Shown piece after piece: positions 1 to 12,148 of a stretch of 64,000 nt of DNA (its first letter is position 1; every line of letters starts with the position of its first letter). A model generated the notes under the pieces. That model worked only from the letters and a program-made list of their open reading frames with translations, was not told where the DNA came from and ran no database searches. Made by a program: the position numbers and the translations under genes. Origin of the DNA: the human T2T-CHM13v2.0 reference genome, Homo sapiens; assembly GCF_009914755.1 (NCBI RefSeq), contig NC_060932.1; one strand, given 5' to 3'.

Positions 1-155
1 TCCACAGGCTGGAGTGCAGGCCAAACACAGCTGCTGGGCCAAGTGGTGGAGTACCTCTTGCGGTGAGCCCAGAGCCAAGCATGGCACTGGGCAGGGGCAT
101 CGCTGGCTGCAGAGGTCACCAACTGGTGAAGCGACACCCAAAAAATCCTGCATCA
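1..155 (+). mobile_element. 3' end of an ERV1 LTR (MER52/LTR27-like), truncated by the window edge
   Basis: Ends GAGGTCACCAACTGGTGAAGCGACACCCAAAAAATCCTGCATCA, resembling the MER52-group LTR terminus (…AAGCGACACCCC…ATCCTGTAACA). Confidence 0.55.
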
Positions 156-799
156 ATAGTACCTCCTTGTAATAATTAAAATAATCAAGAATGTAGCATT
201 ATTCCTGGCAAATAGACTTTCAGCAAATGCTGGCTGCCTCCCTCCTCCAGTATCTGCCACCTCTACAGGCTGGCCCCTTTTACAGGTTAGAATTTTATTT
301 GTCAAAGCAAAGCACAAGGTTTACTGCCCCAAAGTATCTTCCCTTATGATGCTTCTGAAGGTGTGGTAAGGCTGTTGAAGAGTTGTAAAGAGGGGTTTAT
401 TGTTTTATATCCAAAGTGCTTTCTAATGAATATTTTATGATTTTTCTCACTGTTTGATAATTTTGTAGGATTCAAACAAGTGAGGAAACTTGATTTGTTT
501 TGGAGAAAAAAAGAGAGAGAATCACTATGACTAATAACAGAGCCTATCTGTTCTGGGTACCAGAGATCCCCGGTTGGTGACCCCATCCCTGACTGCAGCA
601 TTAAGTCCTGAGTCATCTATCCCAATCAGCTCGTAGCAGTCTTCTTAATGTCTCCTATTGTTTAAGCATGGTCATTTGCCTAAATCGATACAATAAGACT
701 AAATTAAAGGATATATACTTCAGTAATTTACATGCTTCAGGTAAAGATTTCTCACCCTTGCTGACATGAACATGGAGCACAAAGCTTTTAAGACCACGG

Positions 800-1045
800 A
801 TTTTTTAGCTGCTGTCTTGGCACTATGAGGGGACCCAGCCTTAGGATGAAGCCAGGTGCTGAGGACAGCAGAGCACAGGAATGGAAAGAACTCACGTCTA
901 TGATAACATCTTTGAACTGATAATTATACTGCACCTGGATGCCTCTTACCTCTGGACTTAATGTTATGTGAGGCAATCGATTTCCTTATTCTTATGAAAA
1001 CCAGTTTCTGTGAAACTGATCAGTATCAAGCATGAAGCATGCTTC
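800..1045 (+). mobile_element. Old MaLR LTR fragment (MLT1J/K-like)
   Basis: GAGGACAGCAGAGCACAGGAATGGAAAGAAC…ACCTCTGGACTT…TTATGTGAG motifs typical of the 3' half of old MLT1 LTRs. Confidence 0.5.
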
Positions 1046-1094
1046 ATGAAGCAGCATCAGACAGTAGAAAATACCAGGGCAGCTGCAGGTCACA

Positions 1095-1290
1095 GCCCTG
1101 AAATCTGGCCATGGGGTTCATATCCTGCTTCCACTTGTGCTAGCTGTGTGGCCTTGGGGAACATACTCAACCTCTGGCGGCTTCAGTTTCTGCATCTGAA
1201 AAACAATGATAATAATAGAGTTCCTCACAGGATAAACGTGCGTAACACACATAATGTAGTGCCTGGCCCATGGTAAGTCTCAATAAAATC
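1095..1290 (+). mobile_element. MIR SINE
   Basis: CTAGCTGTGTGGCCTTGGG…CTTCAGTTTCTGCATCTGAAAA core, plus GTGCCTGGCCCATGGTAAGTCTCAATAAA tail. Confidence 0.8.
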
Positions 1291-1827
1291 TGACTTGTAA
1301 TTATGGTTCCCTCTAGGTGTGAAGATCATCTCAGGATCCACAGATTGATTTGAAAGTGGATTCCCAGTCCTCTTCCTTTCTGTCATTGACTCTGTGTCTC
1401 TTTATTACTTTGGGTTTTTCTCACTTTTCCTTTCCTGATCTTCCTCCTCTCATTCCTTTAACTAGCCATAATTGGGATTGATTTATAGCTTTATTTGTTG
1501 TATTTTAAAATATGTAATTTTACATTTTCTCTTTTTAATTTAAGAAGTCAAAGAATGGAACATTTTATATTTCCTTCAATAAAAAAGAACCTTTTTATTT
1601 GATTTTTATATATATCCCCATTAAATTTCATCTGCTTGGCTTTGGTCCAGTGTTCCACCTTGTCAGAATCATTTTCCATCTTGACACTGTCAGTTATTGG
1701 CTTTGCCATCCTTCCTGGCTTTATTTCATCTGCCTTTTAAACCTTCACCAAGTTCTTGACAAAACCTGCAATTAAGGACGGCTCTATCAGTTAGCAGGTG
1801 AGGTGTATGTGCTGGAAAACTCTAAAT

Positions 1828-1973
1828 CAATGCTCCTCAAACTCCGGTGACCATAAGAATCACCTGGAGAGCTTGTTAAAGCACAGATTTGTGGTCCCCT
1901 CACCTGAGATTCTGATTCAGTGGGTCTGGAGGGGGGACTTTGCATTTCTAATAAGCTCCCAAGTGATGCTGCA
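1828..1973. mobile_element. MER5A hAT-Charlie MITE
   Basis: AGAATCACCTGGAGAGCTTGTTAAA…GATTCTGATTCAGTGGGTCTGG…TGCATTTCTAATAAGCTCCCAAGTGATGCTG. Confidence 0.8.
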
Positions 1974-2529
1974 TAGGGCTGCCACAAATAGTAGGGGCTC
2001 AGTCAAGTTAGTATAATAGGATTTTTTTTCCTCTTATGTTGAAGTCCATAGGCAGGTAGTCCAGCCTAGTACCAAGGTTTCAGAACCTAGGCTTTTCCCC
2101 CTCTCCTTCCTGCCTTAAATGGCATTTGGTTTCCTACTCATGTTTCAGAATGTTTGCTTGAGCTACAGCCATCATGTCCACATTCAAACCAGTAAGAAAG
2201 AGGAAGGGGGAAAGGATGTCTTCTCTCTTTTTAAGGACATATCTCAGAAGTTGTATGTGACACTCTACTTACATCTTCTTAGCCAAAACTTCCTCACAAA
2301 TCACACTAGCTGCAAAGAAATCTGGAAAATATAGTTTTTATTTGGGGTGTCATATGCCCAGCTAAAAATCAAGGTTTTATGATCAAGGCAGAAGAGAATG
2401 CACTTCTGACATTACTGATTTTTAATGTTACAGCAAACCTTTCCCAACTCTCCAGCCAGAGGTTTGCAATCTAAAACCTGCAATGGGCTAGGAAATTACA
2501 ATAAAATTCTGAATTTCAAATTCTGATCA

Positions 2530-2680
2530 CCCCTCTACAGGTAAGTATTATTTCTTTCATTTCTGTGTTCAAGAAATTGAGTCTCAGAGAGCTTCAGTGA
2601 CTTTCCTGAGATCTCTCGGTAACTAAATGCCCCAACCAAGATTTAAACTCAACCCTGCCAAAGCCCAGGCTTCTAATGCG
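2530..2680 (-). mobile_element. MIR SINE fragment
   Basis: GAAATTGAGTCTCAGAGAG…AGTGACTTTCCTGAGATC matches the reverse-complement MIR core. Confidence 0.65.
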
Positions 2681-4240
2681 TCATTCTACATCACAGGAAT
2701 CCCACATGTGTTTGCAGGATGAGCCTTGAATCAACCAACTACTGTTGCATACTATGCAACCACAAAACTCTGAGACCTAGACACTTATTTTACTACCATG
2801 TCTACAAGTCAACTGGAGACCAGCTGCTCTAGGCTGGGCTGGACTGGACTCCCCCAAGCCACAGCTGGGTCTGAGTCTGCTCCATGGTTCTCCATCTTCC
2901 TCAGACTTGTGGGCCTACCAGGGTAGAGCCTTCTCATGCCAAAAGCAGAGAAGCACATCTCACTGCTGCTTGTCGTGGGTCTGCTTCCATTCCCTTGACT
3001 GAAGGAAGTCACATGGCCAAGACAAAAGCTAGGCAGTACAGTCCTCCAGGAGGGAGTAAATATTTCTGAATATGTTCTTATTTACCCCAAGTCCCTATGC
3101 AGATGCATTGGAATGGGAAGAGCCCCAGACTGAGAATTAGAAGTCCCTAGTTCTAGTCCCAGACCTGCCATGAATGACTTGTGTGGCCTTGGACAAATAC
3201 TAGCCCCTTCTGGGCCTCATGTTTGTTCTAGAGATCTCTAAGGCATACGCAGGCTTTAACTTAAGAAGCTATGGCATGAAAAAACAAATAGTTGCCTCTC
3301 AAAATTCTAATCTCCTCTGAATGTAGCTTAGTCTTTATGCAAAAATAAACACACACACTAGAGTGTCTTCAAAACCACTGGGCTAATAATGTTCATGATT
3401 CTGTTAATGACCAAACTGGAGCACAGTGCAGCTGGTCCTGCTGGTCACAGGAAGGCCCCAGAAAGAAATGAAGCCATCAAGAAGCCATTGATGCTGTGAC
3501 CTTCTGTTGCAGGCTGCTCCTCTACTTAGACAGGTGAGATTTAATTTTGGTGATTTATGATAATGCCTCTAAGTGCACGGGTAAACATGTCATGGTTTAT
3601 TTTGCAGAATTAATGAAGTCTGATTAATCTCCCGATCCCCAGCAGATTCTGCTCTGAGAAATGGAGCAAGACTGCCAGGCTTTTGTGCAAATTATGGCGG
3701 GAGGATTGATAGCATGAGAATCATCTGAAATCCACACAATCTGACCTTTTTAATCCCATGGATCCTTTAGTTGGATTTGTTGCCATCATACTGGATGACT
3801 GCTGGCCAGGGAGAGACCCTTCTATGAACACAGTGTGCAATACCCCAATTGCAGCTAAAGTTAATCAAGCTAGTTCCGTGCATCAGGTACTTCACATGGT
3901 CCTTTATCCCAAGGATTGAAAAAAGCACACACTTTTGACTTGGATGGATAGCAGTTCAAATCCTAGTCCCACAATTTAGAAGCTGTTTGATCTTGGATGT
4001 ATAGTGCAGGTACTGTTGGTGTCCCTCTGTGTACATTCAACCCTGTGTCTTCTCTGTCCATCTGTGTCCTACACCATGGACAGTTTCAGCATGTTGCCTT
4101 TTCATATTTTGGTAGGAGAGATAAATATATAAGCAACAGGTTATATTGGAAATAAAACCCATGGGCGACTCTAAGCTGCAGATGGGAAAACTCAGTTTAT
4201 CCACAACACTGGGGTTAAATCCTTCTTACTAAGAATTGGA

Positions 4241-4351
4241 GGCCAGGCATGGTGGCTCATGCCTGTAATCCCACCCCTTTGGGAGGCTGAGGCAGGTGGA
4301 TCACTTGAGCTCAGGAGTTAGAGACCAGCCTGGGTAACAGTGAAACCTCAT

Positions 4352-4403
<52 letters not shown>

Positions 4404-4562
4404 AGCCAGGCATGGTGGCATGTGCCTGTAGTCCCAGCTACTTGGGGACTGAGGTGGGAGTATTGCTTGAGCCTGGGAGGTCGAGGCTACAGGGAGCTCT
4501 GATGGGGCCATTGCACTCTGGCCTGGGCAACAGAGTGAGATACTGTCTCAAAGAAAAAAAAA
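4241..4562 (+). mobile_element. AluJ with a (CA)22 microsatellite in place of the central A-rich linker
   Basis: Dimeric Alu with AluJ-type GAGGTCGAGGCT right arm; TSD AAGAATTGGA at 4231-4240 and 4563-4572. Confidence 0.95.
4357..4400. repeat. (CA)22 microsatellite
   Basis: Direct reading of the sequence. Confidence 0.98.
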
Positions 4563-4674
4563 AAGAATTGGAGATGGTAAAGATTCACAGCCAAATTTAG
4601 GGCTTTTGTGAGTTGAAATACACAAACAAGGTGGGATAGATTGTGCTGCAGCAAAAGGAGTGCTGTGATAGCCA

Positions 4675-4810
4675 TCAGGAATCTGGATTTGAGTCTTGAT
4701 TCTGCTGACTACAAAATATGTGACTGGGGGCAAAGTTACAAAACTTTTGGAATCTTGGTTTCCTCATCTGTAAAGTGGGAATGATAATGCCTGCCCTGCC
4801 TATTGCACAG
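4675..4810 (+). mobile_element. MIR SINE
   Basis: TGTGACTGGGGGCAAAGTTAC…TTGGTTTCCTCATCTGTAAAGTGGGAATGATAATG core. Confidence 0.75.
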
Positions 4811-4924
4811 AACTTCTTGTGGACATCCCAGAGATAAAAGCTGTCAATGATTAGTAACTCCATTTTACAGATGAAGAAACCGAAGACAAAAATGTAGGCG
4901 GTGGAACAGAGACCTAGATCTCGT

Positions 4925-5405
4925 AGTTCTTCTCCTACTTCATCTTTTACCACTGTTTTTCCCACTCACTGCTCCAACCACACTAACTTTTTGTCCTTCC
5001 CTTGAATAAAACAAGCTCATTTTCACCTCAGGGCCTTTGCTGTTTACTCTTTCTAGAATGTTCTTCCCCTATGTCTTCATGCCCTTTGAGGAAGGATTGG
5101 CCTTCCTTTCTTGATATGCAGGAATCAGTACAAACATCTCTTCCTCATAGAGGTCTTCCACAGACCCCCATTCAAGGTGATCTCTCTCCTAGGCTCCCTT
5201 TTGCATACCATCCTGTTATATTTTTGCTCTATCACTTCCTGAGATTATCACATTTATGTATTGACTTATTAATCATCTCCCACTACTCTTTCTCCTTGAG
5301 AAGAAAGATCCTGAATATCTAATTTTCTGTTACATTGTCAGTGCCAAGAACAGGACTTGGTATATTGTGAGCATACAGTACATATTTTTTTGAATGAACA
5401 AATTA
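4925..5405 (+). mobile_element. L2 LINE 3' end
   Basis: CACCTCAGGGCCTTTGC…CTAGAATGTTCTTCCCC and terminal …TTGAATGAACAAAT, typical of the L2 3' UTR. Confidence 0.7.
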
Positions 5406-5409
5406 GCAT

Positions 5410-5715
5410 GTATAGACTTATTTTTAATGACTATAATATGTTGCATGAATATACCATCATTCATTTAACCAGAGCTTTAGAGATGGATACTCAATTTTTC
5501 TTTTCTGCTTTTATTTATTTTTATTTTCAAATTATTTTGCTACAGCAAACAAATGAGTATAATCTGTGTATACTTACTTGATTTTATCCATAGAGCATAT
5601 TCTTAGCAGTGGGATTGCTGGATCAAAGGGCATGTACATTTACAAATTGTGATACATATTGTCAACTTCCCCTATAAAATATTTTCATCAATTTATGCTC
5701 CCATCATCTGTGTAT
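5410..5715 (-). mobile_element. Old L1 (L1ME-like) fragment
   Basis: AGCAGTGGGATTGCTGGATCAAAGGGCATG…ATTTATGCTCCCATCA matches the antisense L1 ORF2 3' region. Confidence 0.6.
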
Positions 5716-5984
5716 GGCACCACCAGCTTGGGGTTCCCTCTAAGTCCCCGCTAATAACACATTATTGCTGAGAAGCCTTTGCTGCCTTTCAACTTGCTCT
5801 CCAAGTGTTTCATCTACTTTACTCATTACCCAGTGAAAGCCTGTGTGTGCAGCAGCTCTGCTGTGTTTCTCTGAGATCTAAGTGCTTTGGATGGTATTCT
5901 CCTCTCATTTAATTTGCATTCTCTAGACTGCTGTGGCAAAAGAAGGGACATTTAAAATATATGGTAGTGTCTGTAAAGATTAGA

Positions 5985-6298
5985 TTATTGTTCAGTAAAT
6001 ATGCATTCTCCTCCCCCTACCCTGTGGCAGGAAAGTACTTTCTATACTCCCTAACTTTGGCCTTGGCCTCGTGATTAGTTTTGGCCAGTAGGATGTTCAC
6101 AGAGGTGATATGAGCGGAAGATTCAAATATGCTAGTATTGTTAGGCTTGCTCTCATGCCCTTGTTTTTTTTTTTTTTTGCCATGAGAATAACATGCCTTA
6201 TTTATCTAAATCACCTGGATCAGATGAACTCCAGCTGTCATGTAGATGACACCAAGATTTTTGTTCTTATTTGTTACACAGCAAAAGCTGACTGACAC
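5985..6298 (+). mobile_element. MLT1 (H/I-like) MaLR LTR
   Basis: TTTGGCCTTGGCCTCGTGATTAGTTTTGGCCAGTAGGATG and terminal TTGTTACACAGCAAAAGCTGACTGACACA. Confidence 0.65.
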
Positions 6299-7001
6299 AA
6301 AGTCCAAAATGAAACTAGAGCTCACATTTTGCAGCGCTTGGCACTTTCTATGTTAAATATTAAATATTTCCTAGGGCAGTGGTAGGAGAGGAATATTTGA
6401 ACCTATTGTCATTCATCTTTGTGTGAGTTTAATTGAGTCTTGAAGAAAGTATAGGGCTAAATGAGTCCTAGGTGAGGACTCATAGCAGGAGGAAAGGTGT
6501 AGAAGAAGGACTGTGCAAGGCCTCTCTTAGGACTAGTGAGCAGACTAAAATACAGGCTACATGTCAAAGAGTATTGTAGGAGCTAAGGTTTGAGTTAGGA
6601 AACAAAGAATTTGAAGAAGTTAGAGATAGCTTTTATTCTTTAGCTACTGGTTCCAGCAAAGAAATATAAACTGCAAGGGAACCCTGGATGCCAATTATGT
6701 ATCAATTATACCATAAATCATTGACATTCCAAGGTCAACTACATAATGAAAACAGGTAAGAGCCTAAGAATAGTCTGGCTGTGCCAAATAGAACAGGCTG
6801 GTGGGCAGCTTTATTCGTACTTGTATCGTTTCCATTTAGAACATCATTATTAATTAAGCTGTATTTAATGTAGTACCTGCCCACACTTTTGCTTCTTAAA
6901 TATTGTATGACTATGGCTTTGTCTTCACAGAAAACAGACATCAATTGCAGTACTCAAAAGTTATTCTGAACATAGCCTCATATTTATCCACTTTTTGATA
7001 G

Positions 7002-7299
<298 letters not shown>

Positions 7300-7414
7300 G
7301 AATAAAATTTTAAACAATTATTTTGTGGGTAGTTTTTGATATTTAATCAAATCAATTGTGGTAATATTCATTCGTCCATTTTAAAATATTTAGCATCATG
7401 AGAAGTCATATAGA

Positions 7415-7975
7415 TGCGAGTCTGAATTCCAAGTTCATCACTTACTCGTTATGTGCCCTTGAGCAAGTTATTTTACCTGGATAAGATTGTTTCTTCATCT
7501 GGAAAAGAGGGTGAATAAAATCCACCCCATAAGATTGCTGTAATGATTAAATTAATCAGTGTGTATTGAGCTGTATTAGTCCATTTTCATGATGCTGATA
7601 AAGATATACCCCAGGCTGGGTAACTTATAAAGAAAAAGAGGTTTAATGGACTCACAGTTCCTCGTGGCTGGGGAGGCCTCACAATTGTGGGAGGTGAAAG
7701 GCACATCTTATATGGTAGCACACAAGAGAGGATGACAGCCAAGCTAAAGGGGAAACCCGTTATAAAAACATCTGATTTCATGAGACTTATTTACTACCAC
7801 AAAAACAGTATGAGGGAAACCACACCCATGATTCGATTATCATCCACCGGGTCCCTCACACAACACATGAGAATTATGGGAGCCTTAATTCAAGATGAGA
7901 TTCAGGTGGGAACACATCAAAACCATATCAGGAGCACATAGCATTGTCCCTGGCCTAAGGTAGGCTCAGTAAATG
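7415..7975 (+). mobile_element. MIR SINE split by a THE1 LTR
   Basis: MIR core at 7415-7571 resumes at 7936 with ACATAGCATTGTCCCTGGCCTAAGGTAGGCTCAGTAAATG. Confidence 0.7.
7572..7930 (-). mobile_element. THE1 (B/C-like) MaLR solo LTR
   Basis: Full ~360-bp LTR, TGTATTAGTCCATTTTCATG…AAACCATATCA; 5-bp TSD TGAGC/GGAGC. Confidence 0.93.
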
Positions 7976-8744
7976 CCATCTCCTGCCATGCAGTTAAACA
8001 TTTATTGAGAAGCATGAAGGGTTATGAGTTAGGTATCATGCTGGGCACAGTGAAGGAAGGAAACAGAATATTTGTTCTCAAAAATCTCAAAGGCCAGAGA
8101 CAAACCAGCCAGGGCTGACTTACAAACATAAGAAGGGAAGTGAGGGATAAGGCCTCAGTGTAGCAGTCCCTGCTTTTTTGTCTGTCTGTTGTAGAGGGAA
8201 GTACGTAAGTAGTAGTCATGATTCAATCACACAGCCACATGCTTGGATGCCAGGTTCTTAAAACCTCACCATCGTGACTAATCCAAAGCTGGGCACCTAA
8301 CCCTAATGGGGTCAATCAGTTCAGTCTTCTCCAGAATTTTGTATTTATTCTGGATGGCAAATGAACTTACTCCAGGCTGCAGATCATTCCTTTATCTTAA
8401 ATTTGATTTTTTGGTTAATAGGAGTATCATATACACCTTGAAAGTGGTACCAGATCCTTTGCTGCCTGTCCTACCTCTGTTCCTCCTTGAGGGGAAATGT
8501 GAATTTATTGGTTGGAGCCTGAAGTACAGATTAGGCTATACTCACGAGTGCCACTGGGTGGGTTCATTTTGTGTTGAAGGGTAGAGACTGGTTCTCATGT
8601 CCCTCTTCACACTTCCCTTTTGCAACTAGAGCTGGTTGGGTAAACTGAGCTTTGCCTGACCCTCTGAGACAGAGGGTCTGAGACTCTTCTCCCCACTCTG
8701 TTTCTCTCTCTTGTGTCCTCTTGCTGCAGTGGTGGAAATTGCCT

Positions 8745-8916
8745 ACATCTGCACTGTCTGCTATGGAAGCCACTAGTTGTGTGCGGCTTTTGAGTACTTG
8801 AAATGTGGCTAATGTGACTGAAGACTTGAATTTTCAATTGTATCTAATTCTAATTAATTTAAGCCCAAATCTAAATAACTTCATGTAGCTAATAGCTCCT
8901 GTATTGGACAGCACAA
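8745..8916. mobile_element. MER3-like hAT-Charlie MITE
   Basis: GCCACTAG…TTGAGTACTTGAAATGTGGCTAATGTGACTGA…ATTGGACAGCACA. Confidence 0.75.
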
Positions 8917-9999
8917 CTGTGCCAGATAGAAAAGGCTGGCAGGCAACCTCATTCACAAATTTTATCATTTCCATTTAGGGGAGCAGTATTAATGAAGCCG
9001 CTTCTAACATAGTGCCAGCCCACATTTTTGCACCTTAAATATGGAGGAGAGAGTGAGAAGAGTCAAAATTGGATTTTTTTGGCCGGGGCGGGGGTGGGGG
9101 CGAGAGAGGCTACACTTAGCCTCTGGTCTAATCTGTGTGTTTTAATTCACCTGTACCAGGGAAGATTGAATTCAGGTGCCAGTTGCTGGCTTACCTAATA
9201 ACGAAAAGGTTTTTTGTTCCTTTGTTTCCTATATGACCACTGTTTCTTGTAGATCTATCTTTTAGGACTTCTTTACTCAGGAAGGGTAATTGATGGGGCA
9301 GGGTTCAGGCATTTCCATGGGCTCCAGAAATACTACCATGGCTTAGATGATGTCACTGCCTCTCAAGTGTGGCTTTATCAAATGCGATGGGACAAGGCAG
9401 GCTGAGGAACAAACGTGTCCCAGGAGTGCTGGCCCAGCTTGGGAGTTTGAATTCCAGGTGCACCACCTATTGATTGCATGACGTTGGACAAGTTACTTTA
9501 CCTTGATAAGACTCAGTAATGTATTTATTATAGGTTGAGGGGTGGGGTGTCTTTTGTCTTTGCACCAAAGTGATCTCCAGGTGAGATGACTCCAATTTGT
9601 CCAAGGGCCATCCTCTGGAGAAGGCTGCAGGTGAGAGGTGTTAGCATTGTTAGCTACAACTACCTCCCAATTTCTAGATCCCTCACCTTATTTCTTTCAT
9701 CCATTTCTGCCGATCTTGACTTCAAAAATTTCCCCAGATACGATTTCTTATGCTTTCCCCAGTACCAGTTATTTTCTATGATACCAATTATTTGATTTAA
9801 AAAGTGATTAACACTCCCTAAAATTGTTGTTTGAGTTTCCCTCCTAGACATGAGCTCCTTAAGGGCAGGAATCTTGTTTCTTATCTTCACGTCTGTATTC
9901 CAGTATGGAGAAATGTGCAGTGAGGCTCCATCATGAACCTGGTTTTCCTGGATCCTGATGTAGTCCGTACTCAGCTGGGGGCGCTCAGGACCTGTTTGG

Positions 10000-10205
10000 A
10001 ATTAAGCAGACCCAACAGCCAATCATGGCTCTGCTGCTAACTAGCTGAGACTGGGTAGATGAGTAGGTGGCTCCAAGTCTGTTTTCTTACCTGTGGAATG
10101 CAGATAGATGACAGCTACTCAACAGTGGGGTCATAAGAACGGAATGTCATAAGGTATGTACAGTACTTAGTAAGGTGCCTGGCACATGGCAGACACTTAA
10201 TAAGT
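10000..10205 (+). mobile_element. MIR SINE
   Basis: TCTGTTTTCTTACCTGTGGAATG core and GTGCCTGGCACATGGCAGACACTTAATAA tail. Confidence 0.7.
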
Positions 10206-10965
10206 GGAGTTATAACCATAATTAAACATTTATCACAGCTTGCTTTTGTTAGAAATGAATACTAACATGTTGTCCCTCATTTGACTGTTAGCTCTTTGAA
10301 AGCAGTAACTTTGTTTTTTTCCTTTTGGTATCCTTGTTTATCCTTTCCATCCCCAAGCACTCAGCAAAGAGCTTGGGACATGGAGGGGATTCGTAAATAC
10401 TTATTGGGTTGAAGTCTTAACACATGACAATTCCTGTAATAGGTGGAAAATCGAGTGGAAATAGGGTGAGACAGTTCAGGGAGATGATGTAAAAAGACCT
10501 CATGACAGTAGCATCTCCTTTGAAAAATATAGGAATGAACTTATCTATATACTGCATTCCTCAAGAGGAATTTTTGTAAATATACTTAAATGCCTTACGT
10601 TCCCTAAAGGGGACTATTTCAAACAGACGCAAATACTTGACTGTGTCTTCTAAAGGACTTGTTTACTCAATTCGAGAGACGAAGAGAGAGGCAGGTGGCT
10701 GAGATTTGAAGGCAGGGCTGCCAAGAATTCCATTCTGCGGCTGATGAAATGCAGCACTTTCTTTGATGGATGGTTCTTACTTTCTTTTACACAAGAGAGG
10801 AAGTTATTTTCAGGGCAGGTATTGTGTCCTTTTCAATTTTGCACCCCCACACCTAGCTCAGTGTTCAAGTGGTATAAGATATTTGATGTTAGGTATTTGT
10901 TTAATTTTAATTTATGAGTATTGGATCAGTTGGATTGTGTTTCTTCATCTTTGTTTTCATATCCT

Positions 10966-11145
10966 AAGAAAGGGTTCTCACCCTAGCTGCACATGTGAGT
11001 CCTCCAGGGAGCTTTTGAGAATACTAGTGCTCAAATCTGCTCTGCAGATGTTCTGACTTACCTGATCTAGGGGAGAACCTGAGCAGGTGATGGTCAGTAG
11101 CACCCCGGTGATGCCGCTGGGGGGTCCAATGTTGGGATCCACTGG
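10966..11145. mobile_element. MER5-family MITE
   Basis: GGTTCTCACCCTAGCTGCACAT…GGGAGCTTTTGA…TTGGGATCCACTG termini. Confidence 0.6.
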
Positions 11146-11269
11146 TGAGGACGAGAGTCAGTAGAACTGGGTTCCGGTCCGTGTCACCCACTTGTTATGT
11201 GACCTGGGGCAATGACTCTTTCTCTGGGTCTTGGCTTTTTCATCTGTAAAATGAGGGCATTGGATTAGA

Positions 11270-11980
11270 ACAGGCAGTTTTAATTTTTCTAGTGCAGAAG
11301 CCCATTAAGAATGGGTTTTCCTTCTCTCCAGGAAAATAAACATACTTATGCAAAATTTGCATATATTTCAAGGAATTGATGAAATTTCCTGTATTGGTTA
11401 GGATTCTTTTCTTCACCAGTAACAGAGACCCAGCTCAAATTGGCACCTACCAAAAAGCAATGTAATAGTTCATGGTCCTCATAAATCCTGGAGTAGAAGT
11501 GGCCTAGACATGCTGAACCAGGAGCTCAAAGATGCCAGGAGGAACTTAGGTCTATATCTTGCCTCTGCTCTCTGAGTTTTTGGCTTTCTTTTTAGGAAGG
11601 GTCTCTCCCAGTGATGGCAGAGATGTCCATCAGCAGCACAGGCTGGTATTCTACCCACCTAGCAACCCCAATAGAAAAAGCACAACCTTTTTTTATGGTC
11701 CTGGTAAATGTCTGGCCCAGCCCCAACACAACCCCTGTGGGTAGAGGGTTGGATGCTCGGCTGGCCCCATGCTTGTCACTATTACATGGAGTGGGTGGGC
11801 TCCAGTTGATCTTGGTGGAGAGCAGAATGGGGGTGGTTTCCCAAAAGAAAATTAGGCCATTGTTACCATAAGACAGAGCAATAAATACTGGGAAGGCAAG
11901 GATACAGATAACATCTTACCTTGGAAGGCTGCACATCTATGGAACCCATAGAGGTGCATGGCCCCAGGTTGAAAACATCT
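11270..11980 (-). mobile_element. MER103C-like MITE interrupted by an old MLT1 (J/K-like) LTR at ~11390-11920
   Basis: CAAAATTTTGC/CATATATTTCAAGG on the left resumes as ATGGCCCCAGGTTGAAAAC on the right; the insert starts TGTATTGGTTAGGATTC…AACAGAGACCCAGCTCAAATTGGC. Confidence 0.55.
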
Positions 11981-12059
11981 GAACCCACGAGCTCTGAAGT
12001 TGCTCTTAGTAATGTACAATGACAGATAAGCATGGTGTTCTTATTTTTGAAAGCTTTTG

Positions 12060-12148
12060 GATATATATATGACATTTATATATAATATATAATTATATAT
12101 AATATCAATATATATAATATTATACATAATATTTTAAAATTTATATGT
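12060..12148. repeat. TA-rich low-complexity tract
   Basis: ATATATATAT…TATAATATATAATTATATATAAT, nearly all A/T. Confidence 0.85.

Noticed and set aside
9081-9101. G-rich run GGCCGGGGCGGGGGTGGGGGC as a G-quadruplex or GC-box promoter
   Set aside because: Only three long G-tracts, isolated in AT-rich DNA, with no CpG island or downstream exon.
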